Assembly (NCBI GenBank): GCA_045544175.1
Contig: JAZPYL010000064.1
Coordinates: forward strand, 57,332-121,331
Direction: 5' to 3'
From: Acutalibacteraceae bacterium
Lineage (GTDB): Bacteria; Bacillota; Clostridia; Oscillospirales; Acutalibacteraceae
DNA: 64,000 nucleotides
Shown: positions 1 through 10,476 of the stretch, piece by piece
How positions within the stretch are numbered: the stretch's first letter is position 1
Layout: each line of letters starts with the position of its first letter
Position numbers and translations under genes: made by a program
The notes under the pieces: model-generated
What the model saw: only the letters and a program-made list of their open reading frames with translations
What the model was told of the DNA's origin: nothing
Databases searched by the model: none

Positions 1-1174
1 TTTCAGGATTCAGGAAACGCTCAAAAAGAAGATTATACTCAAGAGGATCAATACCCGTTATGCCGATACAGTATGCGGCAAGTGAACCTGCACCTGAGCC
101 TCGTCCGGGGCCTACGGGAATATTTTTACTCTTAGCATATCGGATAAAGTCGTGAACTATAAGAAAGTAGTCAACATAACCCATTTTATTGATTACATCA
201 AGCTCGTAATTTAGTCTGTCAACATACTCTCTCGGAGGATTTTCTCCTTTGTGCTTACACAAACCGTAAAAGCACTGATTTCTGAAATACTCGAAGTGGT
301 CCATCTGATTGGGTACTTCAAAATGAGGCAGCTTAGTGTTGCCGAACTCAAATTCGACATTACACATATCGGCAATTTCTGATGTTATATCAATCGCTTC
401 GGGAATCTGCGGGAAAAGCTCGCGCATCTCCTCTTCACTTTTAACATAGAATTCATCTGTACTGAACTCAAGGCCCGTCTCTTCACCGAGAGTGTGGTTA
501 GTCTGAATGCAGATAAGAACCTGTTGAACCGATGAATCCTCTTTGGTAAGATAATGTGCGTCATTGGTTGCAACAAGAGGAATTCCTGTTTCTTTAGAAA
601 GTCTTATTAAATCGGGAATAATTTCAAGCTGTTCCCGTAAGCCGTGGTTCTGTATTTCAAGAAAATATTTACCCTTACCGAAAACACTCTCATACCAAAG
701 TGCAGTTTGTTTTGCGCCTTCATAATCCCCTCTTACAAGCAAGGTTGCAATTTCACCTGCAAGACAAGCTGAAAGAGCTATAATTCCCTCGTGGTGCTTT
801 TCAAGTAATTCTTTATCAATTCTCGGTTTAGTATAAAAGCCTTCAGTCCATGCTTTACTGACCATTGCAATAAGATTCTGATAACCTATATTATTTTCGC
901 AAAGAAGCACAAGATGATGTCTTTCGTTGTCAATGCCGTGAACCTTATCAAAACGGCTTCTTTTGGCAACGTAGCATTCGCATCCGATTATAGGCTTAAT
1001 GCCTTTTTCTTTGGCAGCTTTATAAAAATCAACAACACCGAACATTGCACCGTGGTCAGTGATTGCAACACTTGTCTGACCAAGCTCTTTGACTCTGTCG
1101 ATAAGCTTATTAATTCTGCAGGCACCGTCAAGAAGACTGTACTCCGTATGCAGATGCAGATGTGTGAACGACAT
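1..1174 (-). CDS. dnaE: DNA polymerase III alpha subunit (DnaE), N-terminal PHP-domain part; rest of gene lies beyond window start
   Basis: Hand translation of the minus strand from ATG at 1174-1172 gives [69 protein letters not shown]... The frame stays open to the window edge. It is absent from the ORF track because it is truncated. Confidence 0.9.
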   Translation of the reverse strand, partial: MSFTHLHLHTEYSLLDGACRINKLIDRVKELGQTSVAITDHGAMFGVVDFYKAAKEKGIKPIIGCECYVAKRSRFDKVHGIDNERHHLVLLCENNIGYQNLIAMVSKAWTEGFYTKPRIDKELLEKHHEGIIALSACLAGEIATLLVRGDYEGAKQTALWYESVFGKGKYFLEIQNHGLREQLEIIPDLIRLSKETGIPLVATNDAHYLTKEDSSVQQVLICIQTNHTLGEETGLEFSTDEFYVKSEEEMRELFPQIPEAIDITSEIADMCNVEFEFGNTKLPHFEVPNQMDHFEYFRNQCFYGLCKHKGENPPREYVDRLNYELDVINKMGYVDYFLIVHDFIRYAKSKNIPVGPGRGSGAGSLAAYCIGITGIDPLEYNLLFERFLNPE

Positions 1175-1189
1175 AACCTTAACCTCCTT

Positions 1190-2938
1190 TTATTTTACTC
1201 TGAATTTTTCTACTGTATCCTTATCGGGATTTACAATAATTGTGTAATATTCGTGATAAATAACCATACCTGCCTTACTTCCGTTAGGCTTTTTTAAGGC
1301 TTTTACTCTTGTATAATCAACGGGAACAAGCGATGAATCCCTTGCCTTGCTGTAATAAGCGGCTATTACTGCTGCATCTTCAATTGACTGATCAGATATT
1401 TCTCTTCCTTCACCAAGAATGATAACGTGTGAGCCGGGAATTTTCTGTGTGTGGAGCCACATATCATTTTTTGTTGCAGTTTTTAAAGAAAGCTTCTCAT
1501 TCTGTACATTGTTTCTTCCGACAAGTATTTTATATCCGTCACTTGAACGGAATTCCATTGGAGGAAGCTCCTTGGGAGGCTTCTGTTTTTTACCTTTAAT
1601 ATTTTTTATATAACCGCCGTCCGCAAGCTCACGTCTTATAAGTGAAATTTCACTGTCGGTATCCGCTCTTGAAAGCTCATCGAGAACAGATTCAAGATAA
1701 ATTATTTCATTTTTACCCTCTTCAATAAGTCCGCCAAGCATTTTTTCCGCCGTCTGAGCCTTACGGTATTCCTTATAATATTTCATTTGATTTTCCGTAG
1801 GACTCAAAGCGGGATTGCAGGGAATTTTAATAAGCTCACAGTTGTTATAATAATCCTCAACCTCGTAGTAAGTAACACCCTTATTGAGTCTGTAAAGATT
1901 TGCTAAAATAAGCTCACCGTAAAGCTTTAACTGCTCTTTATCTTCACACTTTTTCAGTTCCTCACTCTGAATTGCAAGCTTTCTTGTTGTTCGTTCAATA
2001 AGATTATTTATGAGCTTGATCAGCTCGTGACCTCTGTGATTAATACGGTTGATTCTGTCTCTTTCAAAATAAAAATCGTCAAGTAAATCTGAACAGCTTT
2101 CGTATGCTTTAACCTTAAGACTGTCTCCGTATTGTCTGATATCATAATGAGACAAATCCTTGGGCTTGCCGTTTTCTTCGGTAAGCATATAGAGAGGATT
2201 TTCTCTATGCAGATTTTCTTTAATGTACAAAAGCACTTTTTTAAGAATCTCAATCTGCTCGTTTGAAAGGGATGAAACATATACATCATCAAACGCTGTT
2301 CTGTAAGCAATTTCCCTTGATACAATTGGTGAAACGCCTTGCAAAGTATTAATTACTGCATTTGACAGATATCGGTCTTTCTGTGCTAAAATTTTATCTG
2401 TAACGGTATTAATGTCTTCTGTCTCAATATTAAGCTTACCCTGAGCGGGAGGAAGCTTATATTCACCGCCCGGAAGAATCTGTCTTACAGAAGAAGTTGT
2501 AATGTCAACTCGCTTGATAGCATCAATTACTCTGTCTCTGCTGAGAAGAATAAGGTTAGAATACTTGCCCATAATTTCGATGCATAAAGACAAATCTACC
2601 CTGTCTCCTATTTCATTGGTTGCATCAAAATCAACGAAAAGTATTCTGTCGAGCTCATGCTGTCTGACATTTTTGATAAGCGCTCCCGTAAGATGCTTCC
2701 TCATAAGCATACAGAACATAGGAGGAACCGGCGGATTATCAATTGTGTGTGAGGTAAAATGTACCCTTGGGCTGTCAGCACGCACACAGAAAAGAAGTCT
2801 GTACGAACAGCCTTTACCTCTTAAGTTCAGAATTATTTCATCTCTTGTGGGCTGATTGACCTTATCTACTCTCAGGCCCACTGCATTTGAAATAAGCTCG
2901 TCTTTGATTTTAGATAAAAATATACCGTCTAATGCCAT
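1190..2938 (-). CDS. rqcH: RqcH / fibronectin-binding protein A family (NFACT) ribosome quality-control factor
   Basis: 582-aa ORF. N-terminus MALDGIFLSKIKDEL..VDKVNQPTRDEIILNLR and C-terminal DMWLHTQKIPGSHVII are typical of FbpA/RqcH proteins. Confidence 0.85.
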   Translation of the reverse strand: MALDGIFLSKIKDELISNAVGLRVDKVNQPTRDEIILNLRGKGCSYRLLFCVRADSPRVHFTSHTIDNPPVPPMFCMLMRKHLTGALIKNVRQHELDRILFVDFDATNEIGDRVDLSLCIEIMGKYSNLILLSRDRVIDAIKRVDITTSSVRQILPGGEYKLPPAQGKLNIETEDINTVTDKILAQKDRYLSNAVINTLQGVSPIVSREIAYRTAFDDVYVSSLSNEQIEILKKVLLYIKENLHRENPLYMLTEENGKPKDLSHYDIRQYGDSLKVKAYESCSDLLDDFYFERDRINRINHRGHELIKLINNLIERTTRKLAIQSEELKKCEDKEQLKLYGELILANLYRLNKGVTYYEVEDYYNNCELIKIPCNPALSPTENQMKYYKEYRKAQTAEKMLGGLIEEGKNEIIYLESVLDELSRADTDSEISLIRRELADGGYIKNIKGKKQKPPKELPPMEFRSSDGYKILVGRNNVQNEKLSLKTATKNDMWLHTQKIPGSHVIILGEGREISDQSIEDAAVIAAYYSKARDSSLVPVDYTRVKALKKPNGSKAGMVIYHEYYTIIVNPDKDTVEKFRVK

Positions 2939-2947
2939 AATTCACCT

Positions 2948-3709
2948 TTAGCCTATAAACTTAACCGGATTACTCTGCTTAAGAATTACTGTTTCGATTT
3001 CAGAAAACTTATCAGCAACTTTTTTCATAAGTACAGTCATTGCCGGATTTTCGGTTTCAAAATGTCCTGCGGCAATAACTGTTATGCCTTTATCTGCAGA
3101 ATCGAGGAATTCGTGGTGGCTCATATCGCCCGTAACATAAGCATCTGCACCCATTTTTATTGCATCATCAATAAAATCAGCGCCTGCACCGCCGCAGACA
3201 GCGACTTTTCTGATTTCATTGTTACCATCAACAACCCGGCAGACTGTACTAAGTTTTTCACTGACCTTCTTGGCAAATTCCAGTGAGGTATGTCTCTCGA
3301 TTTCACCTATTCTTACCATCGGCACAGTGCATTCAGCAGAAGGCACACCGATCGGATTATTAATTTCGAGTATATCGCATAATACATCATTAACGCCGCC
3401 TACAGCACAGTCAAAGCAGGTGTGGGCAGATAAGACGGTTATACCGTTCAAAGCTGCTTCAAAGGCCATATTGCCTCTTAAAAAGCTTTTTTGCGCCTTA
3501 AAAATAACAGGATGATGTGTAATTATCATATCAACACCCTTTTCACAGGCATCGTTAAGAGTTTCTTTTGTTAAATCGAGACAAAAGCCGATCTTTTTGA
3601 CCTCTTTTTCATTGTCCCCGACAAGAACCCCACAATTATCCCATTCACATTTGGAATCATAAGGTGCAAAACTATCTATAAAATCGGAAATTACTTTAAC
3701 AGTTACCAT
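2948..3709 (-). CDS. Nif3-family dinuclear metal centre protein (YqfO-like)
   Basis: 253 aa with DMIITHHPVIF and AAGHFETE motifs. It is overlapped by trmK upstream, as in the Bacillus yqfN-yqfO pair. Confidence 0.85.
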   Translation of the reverse strand: MVTVKVISDFIDSFAPYDSKCEWDNCGVLVGDNEKEVKKIGFCLDLTKETLNDACEKGVDMIITHHPVIFKAQKSFLRGNMAFEAALNGITVLSAHTCFDCAVGGVNDVLCDILEINNPIGVPSAECTVPMVRIGEIERHTSLEFAKKVSEKLSTVCRVVDGNNEIRKVAVCGGAGADFIDDAIKMGADAYVTGDMSHHEFLDSADKGITVIAAGHFETENPAMTVLMKKVADKFSEIETVILKQSNPVKFIG

Positions 3710-4397
3710 TGTAAACCTCCGTAACTTTTGTTTTTATCTGAGAAATAATCTCTCCTAAGTTGTCAGCATCTTCTTTTCCTGCAGCAATAAGTGCATTATG
3801 CTTTTTTTCAAGTGCGGTAAGCAATTTATTAATATATTTTCTTGTTATTTCGTCATTGTTTTTTGTCAGCTCGCCAAGATAAATATATGATTTGTCTCTT
3901 TCTTTTTTCTCACCGGTATAAGAAGCCGACATTACACAGTAAATATGTTTTCCGTCAGTAGCAGTCTTTTCTTCTTTAATTTCAAATCCGTTATTTATGT
4001 AAAACTCTCTTAAAACCTCTGCGTGCGACATAGGCTGAGCAACAATGTTAATTTTTTTGTCGTAAATCCATTCACAAGCGCTCAGAATATCAGCTATCAG
4101 ATTTCCACCCATACCTGCTATTACAATGTCTTCGCAGGAATTTTCCGATATCTTCTTAAGTCCGTCTGAAAGAATAAGCTCAACTTTTCCACTGATTCCC
4201 TGCTCAATAACAGTCTGCTTAGCATTATTAAGAGGACCTTCTCTGAGGTCAGCGGCTATGCCTGACGGTGAAATCCCGTTTTCAATTAAGTAAGTAATAA
4301 GATATCCGTGGTCTGTGCCGATATCTGCAACTCTGCTGCCACTTCTGACAAGGGATGCTACCGCAGAAAGCCTTGAATCAAGTCTGATTTTTCCCAT
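3696..4397 (-). CDS. trmK: tRNA (adenine22-N1)-methyltransferase TrmK
   Basis: 233 aa with the SAM-binding N-terminus RVADIGTDHGYL. Synteny with the nif3-like gene. Confidence 0.85.
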   Translation of the reverse strand: MGKIRLDSRLSAVASLVRSGSRVADIGTDHGYLITYLIENGISPSGIAADLREGPLNNAKQTVIEQGISGKVELILSDGLKKISENSCEDIVIAGMGGNLIADILSACEWIYDKKINIVAQPMSHAEVLREFYINNGFEIKEEKTATDGKHIYCVMSASYTGEKKERDKSYIYLGELTKNNDEITRKYINKLLTALEKKHNALIAAGKEDADNLGEIISQIKTKVTEVYNGNC

Positions 4398-4410
4398 AAT
4401 TACCTCACAT

Positions 4411-4442
4411 AAGAAACAGAGCCACCTGAAACAAGGTGGCTC
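4411..4442 (-). terminator. Intrinsic terminator after the DUF1858 gene
   Basis: GAGCCACCT/AGGTGGCTC stem (4419-4427 / 4434-4442), followed on the minus strand by a U-rich tract. Confidence 0.6.
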
Positions 4443-4457
4443 ATTGTTGAATTTGAA

Positions 4458-4661
4458 TTATTTTGAAGCAAGATATTCGTTAATCTTAGCTACAAGCTCA
4501 TCAACGTTTACGCCGTGAACAGCACATGCTTCTTCAACAGTTTCGCCTCTTGATGCAGGACAACCAAGACAGTGCATACCCATTTCAAGGAAAAATACAG
4601 CTGTACCTCTGTCTTCATCAAGAATATTACCGATAAGCATATCCTTTGTAATTTCTTTCAT
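4458..4661 (-). CDS. DUF1858 / hybrid-cluster-protein-associated redox disulfide domain protein
   Basis: 67 aa with a central MHCLGCP motif typical of this small family. A terminator hairpin follows. Confidence 0.7.
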   Translation of the reverse strand: MKEITKDMLIGNILDEDRGTAVFFLEMGMHCLGCPASRGETVEEACAVHGVNVDELVAKINEYLASK

Positions 4662-4694
4662 GACAAATAAGTCCTTTCCTGGATTTTAGTATTA

Positions 4695-5651
4695 TTATTT
4701 ACCAAGCTTATGCTTGGTGTCAATAGCAATTTTTGCCTTTTTAACAATGTTAGTTGAATCAAGTCCGTAAATCTTAAGAAGCTCAAGCGCAGGACCGGAT
4801 TTACCAAAAGTATCATTAACACCAAGACGGATAACAGGAACAGGATACTCATCAGCGAGTGCCTCGCATACTGCACCGCCGAGACCGCCGATAATGCTGT
4901 GTTCTTCAGCAGTTACGATAGCACCTGTTTCCTTAGCAGCCTTTACAAGAATATCTTTGTCAATAGGCTTGATTGTATGGATATTGATAACTCTTGCTTC
5001 AATACCTTCCTTAGCGAGCTCATCAGCAGCAGCGAGAGCTTCAGCCACCATAAGACCTGATGCAACGATAGTTACATCGTTACCTCCTCTGAGAGTAACA
5101 CCCTTACCGATTTCAAACTTATAATCTTCAGCATTTACACGGGGAACGGCAAGTCTGCCGAAACGCATATAAACAGGACCTTCGTGCTCAGCAGCAGCTA
5201 AAACTGCCTGTCTTGCTTCAACATCGTCTGCAGGGTTGATAATAACCATATTAGGAATTGAACGCATAAGAGCGATATCTTCACAGCACTGATGGCTTGC
5301 GCCGTCTTCACCAACAGAAATACCTGCGTGTGTAGCACCGATTTTAACATTAAGGTTAGGATAAGCGATTGAGTTTCTTACCTGCTCAAAAGCTCTGCCT
5401 GCAGCGAACATTGCAAAGCTGGAAGCAAATACTGTATATCCCGTAGTTGCAAGGCCGGCAGCAATACCCATCATATTACCTTCGGCGATACCGCAATCTA
5501 TAAATTTTTCGGGAAATTCCTTCTTAAAAGCAACTGTCTTTGTTGCTTTTGCAAGGTCAGCGTCAAGAACAAGAATATCATCTCTTGCACCGAGCTCCTT
5601 TAAAGCGTTACCGTAAGCATCTCTGGTTGCACATTTTATTACATCAGCCAT
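4695..5651 (-). CDS. Transketolase, C-terminal (pyrimidine-binding) subunit
   Basis: 318 aa, FIDCGIAEGNMMGIAAGLA motif. Forms a split-tkt pair with the upstream ORF. Confidence 0.9.
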   Translation of the reverse strand: MADVIKCATRDAYGNALKELGARDDILVLDADLAKATKTVAFKKEFPEKFIDCGIAEGNMMGIAAGLATTGYTVFASSFAMFAAGRAFEQVRNSIAYPNLNVKIGATHAGISVGEDGASHQCCEDIALMRSIPNMVIINPADDVEARQAVLAAAEHEGPVYMRFGRLAVPRVNAEDYKFEIGKGVTLRGGNDVTIVASGLMVAEALAAADELAKEGIEARVINIHTIKPIDKDILVKAAKETGAIVTAEEHSIIGGLGGAVCEALADEYPVPVIRLGVNDTFGKSGPALELLKIYGLDSTNIVKKAKIAIDTKHKLGK

Positions 5652-5653
5652 AA

Positions 5654-6496
5654 TTACGCCTCCAATTCTGCTAAAGCTGCATCAAGCTCAGCCATAGCCT
5701 GTTCATACTGGTCAGCATTAGGTGCTGTACCGTGCCAATCACACTTATCTTCCATAAAGGATACACCCTTACCCTTGACTGTAGTAGCAACAATACAGGT
5801 AGGCTTGCCTTTACATTCCTTTGCATTTTCAAAAGCTTCTTCAATCTGTCCGAAGCAGTGACCGCAAATTTCGATAACATTCCAGCCGAAAGCCTCAAAC
5901 TTTTCCTTAATGGGATAGGGCGAGTTTACTTCATCAATTGAACCGTCAATCTGAAGCTTGTTATAGTCAACGATTGCAACAAGATTGTCAAGCTTTTTAT
6001 TGCCTGCGAACATTGCTGCTTCCCATACCTGACCTTCTTCGATTTCACCGTCGCCGAGAATAGTATATACTCTGAAGCTCTTATTCTTAAGCTTTGCACC
6101 GAGAGCCATACCGACAGCAGCTGAAATACCCTGGCCAAGTGAGCCTGTGCTCATATCAACACCGGGAGTATATCTCATACTGGGATGTCCCTGAAGAATT
6201 GAATCGGGCTTTCTGAGGGTTTTGATAAGATCATAAGGGAAGAAGCCTTTAAGGGCGAGTGCCGCATAAAGTGCAGGTGCAGTATGTCCCTTTGAAAGAA
6301 CAAAACGGTCTCTGTCCTCACAGTCAGGTTTTTCAGGGTTTACATTCATTTCTGCAAAATAAAGATAGGTAATAAGCTCAGCAATTGAAAGAGAGCCACC
6401 CGGATGACCGGACTTAGCATTGAAAGTACCTTCAATTACTCCTTTTCGAACCTGAACCGCTAATTTTTTAAGTTCAAGCTTTTTGTTTTCTTGCAT
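5654..6496 (-). CDS. Transketolase, N-terminal (TPP-binding) subunit
   Basis: 280 aa with the SGHPGGSLS and GDGEIEEGQVWEA TPP motifs. Confidence 0.9.
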   Translation of the reverse strand: MQENKKLELKKLAVQVRKGVIEGTFNAKSGHPGGSLSIAELITYLYFAEMNVNPEKPDCEDRDRFVLSKGHTAPALYAALALKGFFPYDLIKTLRKPDSILQGHPSMRYTPGVDMSTGSLGQGISAAVGMALGAKLKNKSFRVYTILGDGEIEEGQVWEAAMFAGNKKLDNLVAIVDYNKLQIDGSIDEVNSPYPIKEKFEAFGWNVIEICGHCFGQIEEAFENAKECKGKPTCIVATTVKGKGVSFMEDKCDWHGTAPNADQYEQAMAELDAALAELEA

Positions 6497-6508
6497 ATAT
6501 ATTCCTCC

Positions 6509-7348
6509 TTATATATTTTCTTTGTTATTAATTAAGTGCTCTATCAAATCTGCAACTGCACCGAAATTACAATGACAGGTTACAAGCTTTGAAATAGCTT
6601 TCATATCATCAGGTGCCTGTCCGCAACAAGCAGGAAAACCAACAGCTTTAAGCATTTCCCAATCGTTGTAGTAATCGCCGATTGCAGCAGTGTTTTCTTT
6701 TTCAACACCTAAAATTTCAGCAAGCTTAAGAACAGCGTTACCCTTATTTGTTCCTTCATTGACCATTTCATAGCTGAACGGAGAAGAAGCCATAAGGTTT
6801 TCTGTTGTATTTGACAAGCTTTTTAAATATCTTTCAAGCTGTTTAATCTGAAACGGGAGTGCAGTATAAATAACCTTGTACCAATTTTCCTTCGGCATAT
6901 CTTCAAAATTGTAAAAGTACTTTATCGGAAGCTTTGCATTTATTGCAAGTATCCTTGCCGACAGTGTTGGCCTGAAAATAAGCACATACTTATCGGTAAT
7001 AGCCTGAAAAGCCAAAAAAGGAAAAGTTTTAACACTTTTTCTCACCATATCAATACAATGGTCGTTAAGAGGACTTGACCAAACCATTTTTTCTGAAGCA
7101 AAATCGTATATACCGGCACCGTTAATTACGATAGCTTTTCCGTCGGGTATATCAAGTCTTTTATAATGCTTTCTCATTGAATCAGGTGACCTGCCCGAAG
7201 CGAGAGTAAAATTACCGTTATACTCCTTCACAAGCTTCTGAATAGCATCATAATTTCTTTTAACAAGATGCCTTGATTTGTCATTTATAGTTCCGTCAAT
7301 GTCCGAAGCAATGAGCCAGTCGGACATTGTAATTTTTTTCTCACTCAT
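6509..7348 (-). CDS. Cof-type HAD-IIB family phosphatase
   Basis: 279 aa with ASDIDGT (motif I) and GDYYND (motif IV). Confidence 0.8.
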   Translation of the reverse strand: MSEKKITMSDWLIASDIDGTINDKSRHLVKRNYDAIQKLVKEYNGNFTLASGRSPDSMRKHYKRLDIPDGKAIVINGAGIYDFASEKMVWSSPLNDHCIDMVRKSVKTFPFLAFQAITDKYVLIFRPTLSARILAINAKLPIKYFYNFEDMPKENWYKVIYTALPFQIKQLERYLKSLSNTTENLMASSPFSYEMVNEGTNKGNAVLKLAEILGVEKENTAAIGDYYNDWEMLKAVGFPACCGQAPDDMKAISKLVTCHCNFGAVADLIEHLINNKENI

Positions 7349-8261
7349 CTTTAAGCCTCCTTAAAAAATCAGTGAAATAGTCGGGTAATTCACTTTGGAT
7401 TTCAATGTACTTGTTTGTTCTCGGGTGTTTAAAGCCGATTAAACCTGCGTGTAAGCACTGTCCCCCGAGATATTCGATAACTTTTTTCGGTCCGTAAACG
7501 GCATCACCTGCAACAGGATGACCTATATAAGACATATGCACTCTTATCTGGTGAGTTCTACCGGTTTCGAGTCGCAAAGCTAAGTGTGTGAAATCCTTAT
7601 ACTGCTTTACAATCTTATAGTGAGTTGTAGCATTTTTTGAATTTTTAGCTGTAACAGTCATTTTTTTACGATCAACGGGATGTCTGCCGATAGGAGCATC
7701 TACAGTGCCTGCTTCGTTTTTGAATTTACCGTACACTACACTCTGATACTCTCTTGTAAAAGTATGTGCTTTAATCTGCTCGGCAAGATTTATATGAGCA
7801 AAATCGTTTTTCGCAACAATCAGAAGACCGCTTGTATCCTTATCAATGCGGTGAACAATTCCCGGTCTTATGACTCCGTTTATGCCCGAAAGCGAGCCCT
7901 TACAGTGATACATAAGAGCATTTACGAGAGTTCCGTCGTAATTTCCTGCCGCCGGATGCACAACCATACCTTTTTTCTTGTTTACAACAAGCAGGTCATC
8001 ATCCTCATATCTGATATCAAGAGGTATGTTTTCAGCGATAATTTCAAGTTCTTTGGGCTTAGGTATTACAAGAGCGATTTTATCCCCTGCTCTTACCTTA
8101 TAATTTTTGGTAATCACAATGGAATTTACACTTACATTGCCTTCATCAATAAGCTTCTGAACTGCAGAACGGCTGAGGCCATCAGTATTTGAAGAGATAA
8201 TTTTATCAATTCTCTCGCCTGCTTCATCAGCAGATATTACAAAAATATGTGCATCAACCAT
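7341..8261 (-). CDS. rluD: RluA-family 23S rRNA pseudouridine synthase (RluD-like)
   Basis: 306 aa with an N-terminal S4-like domain and the catalytic motif HRIDKDTSGLL. Confidence 0.9.
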   Translation of the reverse strand: MVDAHIFVISADEAGERIDKIISSNTDGLSRSAVQKLIDEGNVSVNSIVITKNYKVRAGDKIALVIPKPKELEIIAENIPLDIRYEDDDLLVVNKKKGMVVHPAAGNYDGTLVNALMYHCKGSLSGINGVIRPGIVHRIDKDTSGLLIVAKNDFAHINLAEQIKAHTFTREYQSVVYGKFKNEAGTVDAPIGRHPVDRKKMTVTAKNSKNATTHYKIVKQYKDFTHLALRLETGRTHQIRVHMSYIGHPVAGDAVYGPKKVIEYLGGQCLHAGLIGFKHPRTNKYIEIQSELPDYFTDFLRRLKDE

Positions 8262-8799
8262 CAGCTGTTTTCACTTTCTTATCCTTATACTCTTTGTATA
8301 CCACATAAATCTCATAAAATATAATTGCAAAAGCTGAGCAGGTAACGAGACAGTCTGCAAAATTGAAAATATAGAAATCAATAAACAGCACCTCTATATA
8401 GTCAATTACAAAGCCTCTGAATACTCTGTCGATTATATTACCGAAGCCGCCTGCCGCCATAAAAACAAGACAGATATAATCAACTCCAAACTTCATTTTG
8501 CCCGAAAGAATTACTACTAATATAGCAATCATACAAACAATTGAAGCTATCGTCATAATTTCTGTTTTACCGCTCATAAAGCCCATCATTGCACCGTCAT
8601 TTTCAAAATAATGAAGCTGTAAAAATCCGGGTATCAGCATTTTGACGGAGATCGGCTTAAGATATGTATATACAGAATACTTGATTATCTGATCAAATGC
8701 AACCGAAAATAAGATTATAAATACAGATAACAATCTAATTTTATTCTTATTCTTCAACTGTATCTTCGTCCTTATCAATTGATTTCTTAAGTTCTTCAA
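8254..8799 (-). CDS. lspA: Lipoprotein signal peptidase II
   Basis: 181 aa, four hydrophobic segments, NDGAMMGF and FNFAD motifs. The ATG at 8799 overlaps the divIVA 3' end by 53 nt. An in-frame TTG at 8757 is an alternative start. Confidence 0.85.
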   Translation of the reverse strand: MKNLRNQLIRTKIQLKNKNKIRLLSVFIILFSVAFDQIIKYSVYTYLKPISVKMLIPGFLQLHYFENDGAMMGFMSGKTEIMTIASIVCMIAILVVILSGKMKFGVDYICLVFMAAGGFGNIIDRVFRGFVIDYIEVLFIDFYIFNFADCLVTCSAFAIIFYEIYVVYKEYKDKKVKTADG

Positions 8800-9847
8800 A
8801 GCTCAGTTCGTTTTCTTCAAAAGACTGCTCAAGAATATCGTTAAGACCGTCAGCAAATGAGGAAAAATCACTGTCATTGCTTCCTACAGACTCAAAAATC
8901 TTAGAAATATATGCGTTTACATCAAGCATTTCTTCTTTATTTGAACCTGAAATAAGGTCAGCATCGACCATTTCCTTCTCATCAAAAACTTCGTCAACAA
9001 CAGTTTCAACCTGAATACCGGAATTGCTTTCATTTTCTACAGCTACATCATCCGAAACAGCTTCTTCAGTGATTTCAGCTGTAAAATCAATTGAAAATTC
9101 TTCAATATCAGCCTTATCTATTACAAGAGCCTCGAGCTTGTCTCCTGCATTTACCTGAGCATCAAAATCACCGATTTCAATTGCAGAAATAGCTTTTACA
9201 GTTGTATTGACAGCATCTTCGATTTCCTTTTTAAGCTTGGCAGCTTCCTTTTTAATCGCATTAAGTTCAGCCTGAGCATCCTTAAGAATTGCATCAGACT
9301 TTTCTCTTGCTGTCTTAGCGTCATTATAAGCATCAGCAACAATTTTTGAAGCCTTTGCGTTAGCATCTTCAATTATCTCGTTAGCCTTGGCATTAACCTC
9401 ACTGATATATTTTTCTGAAAGTGCTACGGATTCACTTTTAATAAGCTCATATTCCTTTGCAGCTTTTTCGAGGTTGATTCTTGCTTCTTCAAGCTTTTCG
9501 GCATATGCAGCTTCAGCTTCGGCTGCCTTTGAAGCAATAAGGCTTTCACCCTCGGCACTCGCAGCATCAAGAAGCTTTTTTGCCTCGCTCTTGGCGTCGT
9601 TGATTGTCTTATCCGAAGTTGTCTGTGCCCAGATAAGAGCATTGGCAATTGCTTTTTTATTTTCGTTATATTCCTCAATCAACGGAGTGATTGAACCGAG
9701 TCTCTCTTTTAAAACATTGTTTTCATTGAAAAGCTTGTTATAATTCTGAGAAATTTTCTGTAAAAATGCATCAACCTCTGATGCACGGTATCCGCCTTTG
9801 CCTACAGTAGAAAAACGCTGTGTATTAATCTGGTTGGGTAACATCAT
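8747..9847 (-). CDS. divIVA: DivIVA-domain protein with long coiled-coil and acidic C-terminal extension
   Basis: 366 aa. N-terminus FSTVGKGGYRASEVDAFL is the DivIVA lipid-binding domain signature. An A/E/K-rich coiled coil follows. Confidence 0.8.
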   Translation of the reverse strand: MMLPNQINTQRFSTVGKGGYRASEVDAFLQKISQNYNKLFNENNVLKERLGSITPLIEEYNENKKAIANALIWAQTTSDKTINDAKSEAKKLLDAASAEGESLIASKAAEAEAAYAEKLEEARINLEKAAKEYELIKSESVALSEKYISEVNAKANEIIEDANAKASKIVADAYNDAKTAREKSDAILKDAQAELNAIKKEAAKLKKEIEDAVNTTVKAISAIEIGDFDAQVNAGDKLEALVIDKADIEEFSIDFTAEITEEAVSDDVAVENESNSGIQVETVVDEVFDEKEMVDADLISGSNKEEMLDVNAYISKIFESVGSNDSDFSSFADGLNDILEQSFEENELSFEELKKSIDKDEDTVEE

Positions 9848-9879
9848 TTTAATTCTCTCCTTTTATTGACAATGTTAAA

Positions 9880-10458
9880 TCAGAAACTGCCTAAATTATC
9901 AATTTCAACCTGTCCGTAGAAATCACCGTGAAGCTCGACACCTTCAGGAAGAAAAGCACAGATATTTTCGGTAAATCTTGTGAAAATTGAGTTGGTGACA
10001 TATTTTGCGCCGTCTAAAAAGTCCATAGCTCTTCTCTTTTGCTCGTCAGAAAGAAGGCCGAGATTTACAACAACCATTGCATTCTGATCAATCATAATAT
10101 TAGCTACATTTTTTGCATCATAAATATCATGAAGAGCGATGAAATTAAGCTTGAATTTATTCTGAGGCTTAGCAGTATTCATATTATAAATATTGCCCTT
10201 TGACTGTCTGCCGGCTGAAGCTCTTTCCTCGCGGGGCTGTGTTTTGGGTGTGTTGCCGTATCTCACATATTCGGGAGGATTGAGCGCGCTTTCAGGTGAA
10301 TAACTGTATGATGAATCATCATTTTCAAAAATATCATTTGAATCCTCATATTCATCTTCGGCGTCTTCGTATGCCTCATACTCGTCATTTTCAAATTCTC
10401 TTTCATCAGGAATAAAATGTTCCTCAAGCTTTGACTTTAAGTTTTTTACAAATCCCAT
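9880..10458 (-). CDS. sepF: Cell division protein SepF
   Basis: 192 aa with an acidic disordered N-terminal half and a conserved C-terminal SepF fold (VVVNLGLLSDEQKRRAMDFLDGAKY). Sits in the ylm cluster. Confidence 0.85.
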   Translation of the reverse strand: MGFVKNLKSKLEEHFIPDEREFENDEYEAYEDAEDEYEDSNDIFENDDSSYSYSPESALNPPEYVRYGNTPKTQPREERASAGRQSKGNIYNMNTAKPQNKFKLNFIALHDIYDAKNVANIMIDQNAMVVVNLGLLSDEQKRRAMDFLDGAKYVTNSIFTRFTENICAFLPEGVELHGDFYGQVEIDNLGSF

Positions 10459-10476
10459 TTTTATTACTCCTTAAAA

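Noticed and set aside
7680-8192. Long antisense ORFs opposite well-supported genes: 7680-8192, 20630-21154, 22291-22689, 54034-54501, 16815-17150, 9387-9743
   Set aside because: Each lies fully inside a gene with strong family motifs on the other strand. They are typical shadow ORFs of AT-rich genomes with no independent signals.
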